Assembly (NCBI GenBank): GCA_005790505.1
Contig: SXUP01000052.1
Coordinates: 2,490-66,489, forward strand
DNA length: 64,000 nt
Direction: 5' to 3'
Origin: Actinomycetota bacterium
GTDB taxonomy: Bacteria; Actinomycetota; Acidimicrobiia; Acidimicrobiales; Ilumatobacteraceae
In this document: positions 22,173 to 31,851 of the stretch, piece by piece
Layout of the letters: the number at the start of each line of letters is the position of its first letter
How positions within the stretch are numbered: position 1 is the stretch's first letter
Position numbers and translations under genes: made by a program
Notes under the pieces: generated by a model
Told to the model about the DNA's origin: nothing
The model's input: only the letters and a program-made list of their open reading frames with translations
The model's database searches: none

Positions 22173-23165
22173 GTGACTCAACCTCCAATTCAGGGCGCCC
22201 CGATAGTTGTTCATTCCCTGGTGCGCCATTTTGGCTCCGGCGACAATCTAGTTGCGGCCGTTGACGGCGTAGACCTAGTGGTTGAGCAGGGAGAAATCTT
22301 TGGATTCCTTGGGCCAAATGGTGCCGGAAAAAGCACCATCGTTCGCATGTTAACTACATTGCTCAAGCCGACAACAGGTCACGCTCTAGTAGCCGGATAT
22401 GACATTGTGAAACAGGCCGATCTTGTGCGACGCAGTATTGGAGTTGCCCTTCAAGACTCGGCAATTGATCCACTGATGACGGGCACGGAGTTACTCGAAC
22501 TTCAAGCAGTGCTATACGGAATCCCTCGCGCCAAAATGCACGCTCGCGCCAGCACTTTACTTGAGCGAGTTGGCCTCACCGCTGCAGCCAACCGACGAGT
22601 GATCACATATTCGGGGGGAATGCGCCGACGCCTCGACCTTGCCTTGTCCCTCATTCATGAACCAACCGTGCTGTTCTTAGATGAACCAACAACCGGACTT
22701 GACCCGATGAGCCGTCTTGCACTTTGGGAAGAAGTGCGTCGTCTCAACCGTGAAGGAACAACCGTGTTCTTGACCACCCAATATCTCGAGGAAGCCGACC
22801 AACTTGCAGATCGGGTAGCCATCATTGATCATGGTCGCATCGTGCGACAAGGAGTGCCCAAAGAACTCAAAGCAAAAGTGGGTGCGCCGACTCTCGTCAT
22901 CAATGTCTCCGCACCTCAACAAGATCTGGCCAAAAGCGTGCTCGCAAGATTTGGGGAGATGAGGCCGACCGACGAAGGTAGCCTCGCCGTAGGGCTCATT
23001 GCCGGAGCAACCGGTGTCGCCGAAGTTGTTCGTGCCCTTGATGAAGCCCAAATTGATCTCCATCATCTTGAGTTGAACGAACCAAGCCTTGACGATGTAT
23101 TCGCCGAGGCAACAGGACATCGCCTTGAGGGCGCCACTCCGACGGCAGAACAGACGGTCAAATGA
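22173..23165 (+). CDS. ABC transporter ATP-binding protein (DrrA/ABC-2 type)
   Basis: Walker A GPNGAGKST, signature SGGMRRRL, Walker B LFLDEPTTGLD. GTG start at 22173 preceded by aaagg. Confidence 0.85.
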   Translation: MTQPPIQGAPIVVHSLVRHFGSGDNLVAAVDGVDLVVEQGEIFGFLGPNGAGKSTIVRMLTTLLKPTTGHALVAGYDIVKQADLVRRSIGVALQDSAIDPLMTGTELLELQAVLYGIPRAKMHARASTLLERVGLTAAANRRVITYSGGMRRRLDLALSLIHEPTVLFLDEPTTGLDPMSRLALWEEVRRLNREGTTVFLTTQYLEEADQLADRVAIIDHGRIVRQGVPKELKAKVGAPTLVINVSAPQQDLAKSVLARFGEMRPTDEGSLAVGLIAGATGVAEVVRALDEAQIDLHHLELNEPSLDDVFAEATGHRLEGATPTAEQTVK

Positions 23166-23980
23166 CGACATCAGTTCTATCTGCGCCTCAGCAACATAAA
23201 ACACGTGACGGTCTGCGTCAAACTTATGCGCTGTCAAAGCGCTCAACGTTGGAAATCTTTCGCCAGCCGGCACTTATTGCACCCTCTCTGATTTTTCCAT
23301 TGTTTTTCGCAGCACTCGGTGCAAGCTCATTTGGGCGCACTGTCGGGAAAGTAGATGGCCTCAAAGATGTTTCTTCTTTTCTCGAATTTAGCTTGGCTTC
23401 AACGATTGCTCAGGGTGTTCTCTTTGGATCCACAACTGGCGGAACAGCGTTAGCGACAGACATCCAGAACGGCTTCATGGATCGGCTACTCGCGTCTCCG
23501 AGTACCCGTGTCGGAATTTTGATCGGTCGTCTTGCAGGTGGATCAGTATTTGGAGCTCTGCAGTCAATCTTTTTTATAATCGCCTTGTATCCATTTGGTG
23601 TGCGTATTCAGGGCGGAATTATTGCGGTTTTGATCATGGTGTTAAGTGGGGCTCTGATTGCGATGTCCCTTGGTGGCTTTATGACTGCGATGGCTCTAAA
23701 GACTGGTTCTCCAGAGGCGGTACAAGGAGCATTTCCACTTATCTTCATCAGTTTGTTTTTCTCAAGCGCTTTTTTTCCAAGAGAAAGTATGTCCGGGGCA
23801 TACAAAACAATCGCCGATTACAACCCTCTGTCTTACTTGGTTGAAGGACTACGCGTATTGACACTGCAAGGACTTACGACACAGTCAATGGCCCAAGCAC
23901 TGCTCATTCCGGTAGCGATCGGTGTCGGTTCATTTGCACTCTCGTTGCGGCAACTCTCCAATCGACTGGCACAACTTTGA
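23162..23980 (+). CDS. ABC-2 type transporter permease
   Basis: 272 aa with about 6 hydrophobic helices. The start overlaps the ATPase stop (ATGA). Confidence 0.7.
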   Translation: MTTSVLSAPQQHKTRDGLRQTYALSKRSTLEIFRQPALIAPSLIFPLFFAALGASSFGRTVGKVDGLKDVSSFLEFSLASTIAQGVLFGSTTGGTALATDIQNGFMDRLLASPSTRVGILIGRLAGGSVFGALQSIFFIIALYPFGVRIQGGIIAVLIMVLSGALIAMSLGGFMTAMALKTGSPEAVQGAFPLIFISLFFSSAFFPRESMSGAYKTIADYNPLSYLVEGLRVLTLQGLTTQSMAQALLIPVAIGVGSFALSLRQLSNRLAQL

Positions 23981-24804
23981 ACACTCAAACTAAAAAAATA
24001 CTGCCCCTCGAACCCCCTTCCAACGGCGGAACTCTCTTTGCAAGCTCCAACATGCTCACACTGCGAGCCATGCGTGGCCTCCAACGTGTTCCCGCAACAT
24101 TTCTTCCCACACTTGCCATGCCAATTTTTCAGGCAGTCGCCTTTGCTGGCACATACTTTGCCATCACGAAGATTCCTAATTTTCCGACTGATCGTTCTAT
24201 CAACTGGTTTATCTCGCTGTCGGGATGCATGGGCGGTGCTTTTAGTGGTCTTGGATTGGGCTTCGCGGCAATCAGGGATATTGAAAATGGATTTATGGAT
24301 CGCCTTCGCATGGCTCCAACACCACGCGCTGCTCTTTTGCTTGGACCACTCCTGAGTGCTCTTGCGCGAACCTTCATTGTTCTCTCGACAGTGCTCGTAG
24401 TTGGCTACTTCTTTGGCGCACGCCCAACTCAAGGGCTTGCTGGAATCGCCATGTTTTACTTGGCAGGATTTGGCTTGGCCATCGTTGCCACGGGTTGGGG
24501 ATTAGGAATCGCCTATCGCTTTCGAGACATGCGTGGGGCCGCGCTGATGCAGCTCACCTTGTTTTTGGTCATGTTCACTTCAAGCGCTCAAGCACCTATG
24601 TCCATGATGCAGGGCTGGCTGTTGCAAGTTGCCCGCGTGAACCCGATGACCAACATTTTGCGTCTATCTCGTCAGGGCTTCCTGAATCCACCTGTTGGTG
24701 GTGTCAGTTGGGAAAATACTTGGGGTGGCCTGCTAGCAATCGCGGTGCTTGGCTCTCTAACAATCTGCTTTGCCTACAGGGGATTGCGTAAACTTGAGCG
24801 TTGA
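23977..24804 (+). CDS. ABC-2 type transporter permease (second, distinct subunit)
   Basis: 275 aa, multi-pass membrane protein. TTG start overlaps the upstream stop (TTGA). Confidence 0.7.
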   Translation: MNTQTKKILPLEPPSNGGTLFASSNMLTLRAMRGLQRVPATFLPTLAMPIFQAVAFAGTYFAITKIPNFPTDRSINWFISLSGCMGGAFSGLGLGFAAIRDIENGFMDRLRMAPTPRAALLLGPLLSALARTFIVLSTVLVVGYFFGARPTQGLAGIAMFYLAGFGLAIVATGWGLGIAYRFRDMRGAALMQLTLFLVMFTSSAQAPMSMMQGWLLQVARVNPMTNILRLSRQGFLNPPVGGVSWENTWGGLLAIAVLGSLTICFAYRGLRKLER

Positions 24805-24894
24805 ATTTTGCTTGCAGTATGGTCCCCTGAGGCTTCACTTTGAACTGAAGCATTATAGAGTTCTATCCTGTAGCAGGAAATGTGAGGGGAAATC

Positions 24895-25353
24895 ATGAAC
24901 GTAAACATCGTGGTCAATGGCATTAATACAAAGGGAGACATAGAGCCCCGAATGTTATTGGTCAATTACGTACGAGAACATTTAGGTCTCACTGCAACGA
25001 ACATTGGTTGCGACACTTCAAGTTGTGGTGCATGCACGATTCACCTTGATGGAGAGTCCGTCAAAAGTTGCACAATTCTTGCCGTGCAAGCAGACGGTGG
25101 AAACGTCACCACTGTTGAAGGCCTGGCAATAGATGGCGTGATGCACCCGATGCAGGAGTCATTTATGCAAAACCACGGGCTCCAATGCGGGTATTGCACG
25201 CCTGGAATGGTGATGGCGGCAATAAGTATTTTGAAAGAAAATCCAAACCCCACCGAACAAGAGGTTCGCGCTGGTTTAGAGGGCAACCTGTGCCGTTGCA
25301 CCGGGTACCACAACATTGTTCACTCGGTGCTTGCATGCGCCGGAAAAAATTAA
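24895..25353 (+). CDS. (2Fe-2S)-binding small subunit of a molybdenum hydroxylase (CoxS-like)
   Basis: CDTSSCGACTIHLDG..., QCGYCTPGM, CRCTGYHNIV. RBS gagggga sits 6 nt upstream. Confidence 0.9.
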   Translation: MNVNIVVNGINTKGDIEPRMLLVNYVREHLGLTATNIGCDTSSCGACTIHLDGESVKSCTILAVQADGGNVTTVEGLAIDGVMHPMQESFMQNHGLQCGYCTPGMVMAAISILKENPNPTEQEVRAGLEGNLCRCTGYHNIVHSVLACAGKN

Positions 25354-25379
25354 ACCTAGAACGCTGACGGAGGAACAAA

Positions 25380-26204
25380 ATGTTACCTGCACCATTTGAT
25401 TATAAACGAGCATCATCTGCGGCTGAGGCAATCAGCCTGATTAGTGAGTACGGAGGAGACGCAAAATTTCTTGCGGGTGGTCACAGTCTGTTGCCGTTGA
25501 TGAAATTGCGCTTAGCAGCGCCATCAGTTCTTATTGACATCGCCCGCATTACTGACTTGTCTTACATCAAAGATGCAGGGAATCACATTGCCATAGGCGC
25601 CCTCACGCGTCACCATGATGTTGAATTCTCGAGTGTTATCAAACAACATGTTCCGCTGTTGGCACATGCAGCCGGCTATGTGGGTAGTCCTCAAGTTCGT
25701 CATCGCGGAACCATCGGCGGATCAATCGCTCACGCCGACCCGGCAAGCGACCTACCCGCAACCACGTTGGCGCTAGGGGCGACATATGTAGTTCAGGGTC
25801 CAAACGGAACCCGAGAGATTGCTGCTAGTAATTTCTACAAGGGTTTTCTTGAATCTGATTTAGCTGAGGACGAAATGTTGACCGAAATCCGCGTTCCAAA
25901 GATGCAAGGAGCGGGGTGGAGTTTTCAAAAATTCAATCGTCGCGCTCAGGACTGGGCCATCGTCGGTGTCGCTGCATGGCGACGCGGCACAGAGTCTGGC
26001 GTAGCGCTCGTCAACATGGATAGCACGCCAGTTCTGGCAACAGGCGTGAGTGCGGCGCTGGCATCTGGCAGTTCCATAGTTGAGGCCTCACAACTTGCAG
26101 CCGAACAAGCCAATCCATCAGGTGACAACAACGCATCTGCTGAGTACCGTAAGCATTTATCCAAAGTACTCGTGCGTCGCGCCCTTGAGACTGCCTCCGC
26201 CTGA
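25380..26204 (+). CDS. FAD-binding medium subunit of a molybdenum hydroxylase (CoxM-like)
   Basis: F(D)YKRASSAAEA...FLAGGHSLLPLMKLR..., GTIGGSIAHADPASD, and the typical size of 274 aa. Confidence 0.85.
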   Translation: MLPAPFDYKRASSAAEAISLISEYGGDAKFLAGGHSLLPLMKLRLAAPSVLIDIARITDLSYIKDAGNHIAIGALTRHHDVEFSSVIKQHVPLLAHAAGYVGSPQVRHRGTIGGSIAHADPASDLPATTLALGATYVVQGPNGTREIAASNFYKGFLESDLAEDEMLTEIRVPKMQGAGWSFQKFNRRAQDWAIVGVAAWRRGTESGVALVNMDSTPVLATGVSAALASGSSIVEASQLAAEQANPSGDNNASAEYRKHLSKVLVRRALETASA

Positions 26205-26250
26205 CACCCCCTTAACCACCCCTGGTTTATCATCGGGAAAAATTTCCTGG

Positions 26251-27165
26251 GTGACTGTTCGAAAAATTGCACTGGCTAGCTACGTCCTAATTTTTTTATG
26301 GAGTGCCAGAGATAACGGAATACCAGTTGATCGATCCGTTGTTATGGTTTGGATATTGGTCGGTTTTGTTTGTGGGTCAATCGGTAAATCTCGCTCCGCA
26401 CAATGGAGAATGATCGCTGATTGGTCGATTGTCGTGGCGCTCTATTTTGCATATGACTACAGCCGTGGAGTTGCAGATCAATTGGGAATGCCCGTACATT
26501 TCACGGGCCCCCGCAATCTGGATCGCATTATATTTTTTGGCTCTGACCCAAGTGTCTGGATGCAGGATCGCCTTTATGAACGAGGAACAGTCCGTTGGTA
26601 CGACGTTGCGGGATCGTTGATATACATGACTCATTTTATTTTTCCGGTCGCGCCGCTCATTATCCTCTGGCTACGCAATAGACATCAATGGCTGATGTAT
26701 GTAAGACGCCTGAGTCTCATTATGGGCATCGGTGTGATTTGCTTTGTGTTGTATCCGGCGGCACCTCCTTGGATGGCTGCCAAAAATGGCTACATCGCCC
26801 CGATCTCGCGCATTACAGGGCGTGGATGGAATCACATAAACATGAACACTGTCTCAAAAGTATGGGACCGTGGAACCGCGGTGCTCAATGGAGTTGCCGC
26901 TATGCCATCACTCCACGCTGCTTTTAGTTTATTTGTCACCATCTGGGTCGTACGACATCAGGTGCGGTGGGTACAAGCACTAAGTCTTTTGTTCCCAATT
27001 GCAATGTGTGCCACGCTCACATACTTCGGCGAGCACTGGGTCGTTGATTGTGTTTTTGGATGGTTACTTGTCGTGTTGGCATGGCGACTCTGTGATCGCT
27101 GGGAACTGCGCATCGCGGCGCGCGCGTCCAGGGACGAAACTAAATTGCAGTGCGCCAACCAATAA
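26251..27165 (+). CDS. PAP2-superfamily membrane protein (PAP2_3 / inositolphosphoceramide-synthase-like type)
   Basis: Multi-pass membrane protein with ...YPAAPPWMA... and ...AAMPSLHAAFSLF...GEHWVVD motifs. Start set at the GTG at 26251, after the coxM stop. Confidence 0.6.
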   Translation: MTVRKIALASYVLIFLWSARDNGIPVDRSVVMVWILVGFVCGSIGKSRSAQWRMIADWSIVVALYFAYDYSRGVADQLGMPVHFTGPRNLDRIIFFGSDPSVWMQDRLYERGTVRWYDVAGSLIYMTHFIFPVAPLIILWLRNRHQWLMYVRRLSLIMGIGVICFVLYPAAPPWMAAKNGYIAPISRITGRGWNHINMNTVSKVWDRGTAVLNGVAAMPSLHAAFSLFVTIWVVRHQVRWVQALSLLFPIAMCATLTYFGEHWVVDCVFGWLLVVLAWRLCDRWELRIAARASRDETKLQCANQ

Positions 27166-27194
27166 ATTGCTACCTGAAGTAAAGCGTTTAAGCC

Positions 27195-27941
27195 TCAGAG
27201 CAAGCCTGCATACGAGCCACCGTCGATATGAAGTTGCACGCCAGTGATGAACTTGGCATGTTCGCTGCACAAGAACGCAGTTACTTCGCCAAAGTCCGCA
27301 GGATCCCCCATTACTCCGGCTGGAATGCCCATTGCTGCTCCGTCCGTGTTGGCGCCATACAACTGCGTGATGCGATCTGTCGCATGAATTCCAGGTTGTA
27401 CAGAATTGACTGTTACACCATCACAGGCAATCTCCCTGGCCAATGTTTTCAAAAATCCAGTCACACCGGCGCGAGCTGTATTCGACAGAATCAAATTCGG
27501 CATTGGCTGACGCACGGCTACTGAGGTGATGGCAACAATACGTCCCCATTTGCGTTCCCTCATTGCTGGAACGGCGGCGTGGCACATCGCAACGACTGAT
27601 AAAAGATTTTTTTCGATCGCCCCGATGTAATCATCTTCTGGTGTCGACAAAAAAGTGCCCCCTGGCGGCCCTCCACCATTGGCGATTAAAATATCAACTG
27701 AACCCAACTTTGCAATTGCTTGCTCAACAAATAAACGACCACCTGTGGCGGTTGACACATCACACACAAACCCAATCGCACCATTTCCAATCAAAGCAAC
27801 AGCGGCGTCAACACGCTCTTTTTCACGCGAACAAATCGCGACCCTCGCACCTGCTCTGGACAGTGCCTGAGCAGTAGCCAGTCCTAGTCCCGCAGACGCT
27901 GCAGCAATAGCAGCTGTTTTCCCGACTATTTCGTAGTCCAT
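27195..27941 (-). CDS. short-chain dehydrogenase/reductase-like protein (BKR-like subgroup, catalytic Tyr/Lys not conserved)
   Basis: GKTAAIAAASAGLGLATAQAL...RVAICSR Rossmann N-terminus. By manual alignment, where YxxxK is expected the sequence is LSNTARAGV. Confidence 0.8.
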   Translation of the reverse strand: MDYEIVGKTAAIAAASAGLGLATAQALSRAGARVAICSREKERVDAAVALIGNGAIGFVCDVSTATGGRLFVEQAIAKLGSVDILIANGGGPPGGTFLSTPEDDYIGAIEKNLLSVVAMCHAAVPAMRERKWGRIVAITSVAVRQPMPNLILSNTARAGVTGFLKTLAREIACDGVTVNSVQPGIHATDRITQLYGANTDGAAMGIPAGVMGDPADFGEVTAFLCSEHAKFITGVQLHIDGGSYAGLL

Positions 27942-27999
27942 GCCCCCGACTGTAGCGAATGATGCGCTATTCTTTGGATAGCAAGGCGGTGGTCTAAAA

Positions 28000-29421
28000 A
28001 TGGATGAGCAGACCGTAGATGAGCGTCATCTAGACGCTATTGCTGATGCAGTGCCGTATCCATACTGGTACGAAGATGTTGATGAACCTGACTCAAACCC
28101 CACTTTGGTGCGCACTGAAAATTGTGACCTTTGTATTATCGGTGGAGGATATACAGGTCTTTGGACCGCAATTATTTCAAAGGAACGTGATCCATCCCAA
28201 GACGTAGTGCTGATTGATGCCTTTGAAATCGGATCGGCCGCGAGTGGGCGCAACGGTGGATTTATGGATGCCAGTTTGACGCACGGTATTGCCAATGCAC
28301 AAGAACGATTTCCAGACGAAATTTCAATTCTTGAGGACCTTGGTCTGAAGAACATGAATGAAATCGAATCAGCCATCAAGCGTTACAACATTGATTGCGA
28401 TTACGAAAGAACTGGTGCGATTGATGTCGCCTCCACTACCCACCCTGATTCCTATAACGACGAACTTCGTGAGGATTACCGCCAACTTCGCCAACTTGGA
28501 CAGGATGTTGAATTGCTTGACAAAGATGGGATGTACGAACAGGTTCATTCCCCTCTATACACGGGTGGTCTGTGGCACAAAGACCGCGTTGCTCTCATTG
28601 ACCCGGCGCGCTTGGTATGGGGTCTCAAGGCAACTGCTGAAAAACTTGGTGTTCGTATTTATGAAGACACAAAGGCATTATCAATAGAGCGGGATGGAGT
28701 AGGAGTGCTTGTCACGACACCCCTCGGTAAAGTTCGTGCCGCAAAAGTAGCGCTCGCAACGAACGCGTTTAATCCCCTTTTGCGCCGCCTTCGGCATTAC
28801 ATCGCCCCTGTTTATGACTACTGCATGGTGACAGAACCTCTCAGCCCATCACAACTTGCAAGTGTTGGATGGAAAAATCGCCAAGGACTTTCCGATATTC
28901 CGAATCAATTTCATTACTATCGACTCACCGAAGACAATCGAATTCTCTGGGGCGGTTACGACGCCATGTACTTTTTTGGCGGAAAAGTGCGAACAGAACT
29001 TGAATCTCGTCCAGAAACCTGGGCCAAGTTGTCACGACATTTCTTTGAAACTTTCCCCCAACTTGAAGATGTTCGTTTCTCGCATGCATGGGGTGGGGCT
29101 ATTGATACATCCAGTCGCTATTGCGTTTTTTGGGGACGAGCAATGGGAGGTCGCGTCTCATATGCGCTCGGATACACGGGGCTCGGAGTTGCATCATCGC
29201 GTTTTGGAGCAGAGGTCATGCTGGATTTGCTCGATGGAAAGCGCACCCGCGCGACGGCAACAAAATTCGTCAAAGAAAAACCACTTCCGTTCCCACCAGA
29301 ACCATTTCGGTTTATTGGTATTCAAGCAACCCGCTGGTCTTTAGATCGAGAGGACCGCACTGGTTCTCGTAACTTGTGGCTGCGTTCGCTTGATCGCTTT
29401 GGGCTGGGCTTTGACTCCTAG
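28000..29421 (+). CDS. FAD-dependent oxidoreductase (DAO family)
   Basis: Dinucleotide-binding CDLCIIGGGYTGLWTA, and 473 aa. Confidence 0.7.
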   Translation: MDEQTVDERHLDAIADAVPYPYWYEDVDEPDSNPTLVRTENCDLCIIGGGYTGLWTAIISKERDPSQDVVLIDAFEIGSAASGRNGGFMDASLTHGIANAQERFPDEISILEDLGLKNMNEIESAIKRYNIDCDYERTGAIDVASTTHPDSYNDELREDYRQLRQLGQDVELLDKDGMYEQVHSPLYTGGLWHKDRVALIDPARLVWGLKATAEKLGVRIYEDTKALSIERDGVGVLVTTPLGKVRAAKVALATNAFNPLLRRLRHYIAPVYDYCMVTEPLSPSQLASVGWKNRQGLSDIPNQFHYYRLTEDNRILWGGYDAMYFFGGKVRTELESRPETWAKLSRHFFETFPQLEDVRFSHAWGGAIDTSSRYCVFWGRAMGGRVSYALGYTGLGVASSRFGAEVMLDLLDGKRTRATATKFVKEKPLPFPPEPFRFIGIQATRWSLDREDRTGSRNLWLRSLDRFGLGFDS

Positions 29422-29474
29422 TCAACTTGTGCATACTTGGGCAATATCGACCTGGGCGACCTACGCTGTGGGCA

Positions 29475-30398
29475 ATGCTTGCTAGCGAACTAACCACTGC
29501 CGATGTCCGAAACGGGTTGGCCAAACATGGTTATCTGACCGATGATGGCTTGGCCACCGCAGTGCTGCTCGCTCTTTCTCTGCAACGGCCGCTCTTGCTT
29601 GAAGGCGAAGCAGGGGTTGGAAAAACGGAGTTGGCCAAAACAATCGCTCGTTGGCGTGGAGCCGACCTGATCCGATTGCAGTGCTACGAAGGAATCGATT
29701 CCTCACAAGCCGTATACGACTGGGACTACTCGCGCCAGTTGTTGCACTTGCGCGCCGCCGAAGCAAGTGGTGAGGCAAAGTCGACGGGTACAGAGGCCCT
29801 TGAGAGCCAGCTTTATAGTGAGCGATTTTTACTCAAGCGTGCGCTATTGCGGGCTATTGACAATACGTCAATAATTCCTCCAGTTTTATTGATTGATGAA
29901 ATTGATCGTGCAGATGATGAATTTGAGGCGTACCTGCTCGAGATTCTCTCCGACTTCCAAGTAACTGTTCCGGAACTCGGAACATTCACTGCCCTTACGC
30001 CACCAATCGTCATCTTGACATCCAACCGAACTCGTGACGTGCATGACGCGCTCAAGCGACGCTGTCTATATCACTGGGTCGAACATCCAACATTTGATCG
30101 CGAAGTAAGCATCGTGCAGGCTCGCGTGCCTGATGTTTCTGTAGTTCTTGCACGTCAAGTTGCTGGCGCAGTCGAAAGTTTACGCTCACTCAACATGTAT
30201 AAACCGCCAGGAGTAGCCGAAACTATCGATTGGGCAACAGCGCTTGGTCGTCTCGGCACGACTCAACTTGATGAATCGATCGTTGAAGCCACACTGGGAA
30301 CAGTTCTTAAGTACAGAGAAGACCATGATCGGGTGCGTGAACACGGAATAGGTGCAATTGTTCAACATGCTTTTGAGCGTGGCCTACTCCACGGATAA
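29475..30398 (+). CDS. MoxR-type AAA+ ATPase (CoxD-like)
   Basis: Walker A LEGEAGVGKTELAK, Walker B VLLIDEIDRADDE. Start set at the ATG at 29475. Confidence 0.8.
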   Translation: MLASELTTADVRNGLAKHGYLTDDGLATAVLLALSLQRPLLLEGEAGVGKTELAKTIARWRGADLIRLQCYEGIDSSQAVYDWDYSRQLLHLRAAEASGEAKSTGTEALESQLYSERFLLKRALLRAIDNTSIIPPVLLIDEIDRADDEFEAYLLEILSDFQVTVPELGTFTALTPPIVILTSNRTRDVHDALKRRCLYHWVEHPTFDREVSIVQARVPDVSVVLARQVAGAVESLRSLNMYKPPGVAETIDWATALGRLGTTQLDESIVEATLGTVLKYREDHDRVREHGIGAIVQHAFERGLLHG

Positions 30399-30406
30399 AT
30401 CCAGTC

Positions 30407-31528
30407 ATGCAACCGACCACAATCGTCGCTGCAGATCGTCTCGCAGTTGGTTTTGCCCGTGTGTTGCGGGGAGTAGGACTATCGTCGCCCCTTGATTCCG
30501 TGCTCACTTTTGTTCAGGCCCTTGGAGTTGTCGGCATGAATGATAAAGACTCTGTTTACTGGGCCGCACGCAGCACCTTGGTGCGTCAACCAGAGGACAT
30601 ACCGCTCTTTGATAAAGCCTTCCGCGTCTTTTGGGAACGTCGTGAGTCTCCAGAATTTATTGAGGAAACCGAGTTGCCTTTCACGCTTGGAACTGATGAT
30701 GACTCTTTAGATGCAAGCAAGGGGCAATCCAACTCCTCTGATGACCCGCTTATTGCGCTCAGATTCTCTGCAATTGAAACTCTTCAAGAAAAAGATTTTG
30801 CAACATACTCTGATGACGAAATGGATCTTGCCCAGCAACTCATGTCTCGGCTACGACTAGCAGGTCCACCTCGTCAGTCACTGCGTTGCGTCAAATCAAA
30901 AAGGCGTGGAACGCGCCCCGATCTGCGTCGCACGGTTCGTGCTTCTTTTGCCGCCGGTGGTGAACCAGTGCGCCGGCGTTGGCTTGAGCGTGGTCAGCGT
31001 TCTCGCCGATTGGTACTGCTCTTGGACGTCAGTGGCTCAATGGAGCCATATGCTCGAGCGCTGGTGCGATTTGTACATGCAGCAGTTGCTGGAAGGCAAC
31101 GTGTGGAGGCCTTCACACTTGGTACTCGCCTCACGCGCATCACTCGGGAACTCACCTCTCGCGACCCTGATCAAGCTCTCCACCTAGCAAGTAGTCGTGT
31201 GCAGGACTGGAGCGGCGGAACTCGCCTAGGTGACACTTTGCGCCAATTCAATGACCGTTGGGGGGTACGGGGCATGGCTCGTGGCGCAATTGTCGTGGTG
31301 CTCTCAGACGGCTGGGACCGCGGGGACCCAGATGTTTTGGCAGAACAAATGTCGCGACTACAACGAGTCGCTTTTCGGGTCGTGTGGGTAAATCCCCTCA
31401 AAGTCTCGCCGGGATACGCGCCTTTGGCTCGCGGGATGGCCGTGGCATTGCCTTACATTGATGATTTCGTTGAGGGACACTCGGTGGAAGCACTCGAAGA
31501 ACTCACTAAGGTCATTAGTCGTGCGTGA
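30407..31528 (+). CDS. VWA domain protein (CoxE-like)
   Basis: MIDAS LLLDVSGSME and a C-terminal vWA fold pattern. It immediately follows the MoxR ATPase. Confidence 0.75.
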   Translation: MQPTTIVAADRLAVGFARVLRGVGLSSPLDSVLTFVQALGVVGMNDKDSVYWAARSTLVRQPEDIPLFDKAFRVFWERRESPEFIEETELPFTLGTDDDSLDASKGQSNSSDDPLIALRFSAIETLQEKDFATYSDDEMDLAQQLMSRLRLAGPPRQSLRCVKSKRRGTRPDLRRTVRASFAAGGEPVRRRWLERGQRSRRLVLLLDVSGSMEPYARALVRFVHAAVAGRQRVEAFTLGTRLTRITRELTSRDPDQALHLASSRVQDWSGGTRLGDTLRQFNDRWGVRGMARGAIVVVLSDGWDRGDPDVLAEQMSRLQRVAFRVVWVNPLKVSPGYAPLARGMAVALPYIDDFVEGHSVEALEELTKVISRA

Positions 31529-31838
31529 ACTGCTTGCCGATATCGACCGCTGGAAATCTCAAGGCAAAAAAGTTGCCCTGGCGCGAGTTGTTGACCGAGA
31601 AGGCTCAGGTCCGCGCGAAACTGGAGCGGCAATGGCGGTCAATCAAGATGGCGAAGTCATCGGTTCCGTCAGTGGTGGTTGTGTTGAAAGCGCAGTTGTT
31701 GGTGAAGCACTCGCTATTTTAAGTGGGGAACAAACAGCGCGTGTCGTTACGTTTGGATACTCCGACAACGAAGCATTCGCTGTCGGGCTGACATGTGGTG
31801 GCACTATACATCTCTTTATCCAGCCCCTTGAGTGGTAA
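31521..31838 (+). CDS. stand-alone XdhC/CoxI N-terminal-domain protein
   Basis: LLADIDRWKSQGKKVALARVVDREGSGPRETGAAMAVNQDGEVIGSVSGGCVE. About 105 aa. The GTG start overlaps the coxE-like stop. Confidence 0.6.
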   Translation: MRELLADIDRWKSQGKKVALARVVDREGSGPRETGAAMAVNQDGEVIGSVSGGCVESAVVGEALAILSGEQTARVVTFGYSDNEAFAVGLTCGGTIHLFIQPLEW

Positions 31839-31851
31839 TAAATTAGTATCA

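Noticed and set aside
26080-26250. N-terminal extensions of track ORFs. Examples are PAP2 from 26080, PAP2 from 56248, queF from 42072, the ABC ATPase from 22098, coxL from 19801, the repeat protein from 38066 and the crotonase from 48187.
   Set aside because: The extensions overlap the preceding or opposing gene and do not resemble the families. Internal ATG or GTG starts placed just after the neighbouring gene give normal-length proteins.
29475-31528. The MoxR AAA+ ATPase plus VWA protein pair as a possible novel defence or stress system.
   Set aside because: The pair sits within a cluster containing CoxS/M/L-type subunits, XdhC, a MocA-like gene and CoxG. This is the standard CoxD/CoxE maturation pair of molybdenum hydroxylase clusters.
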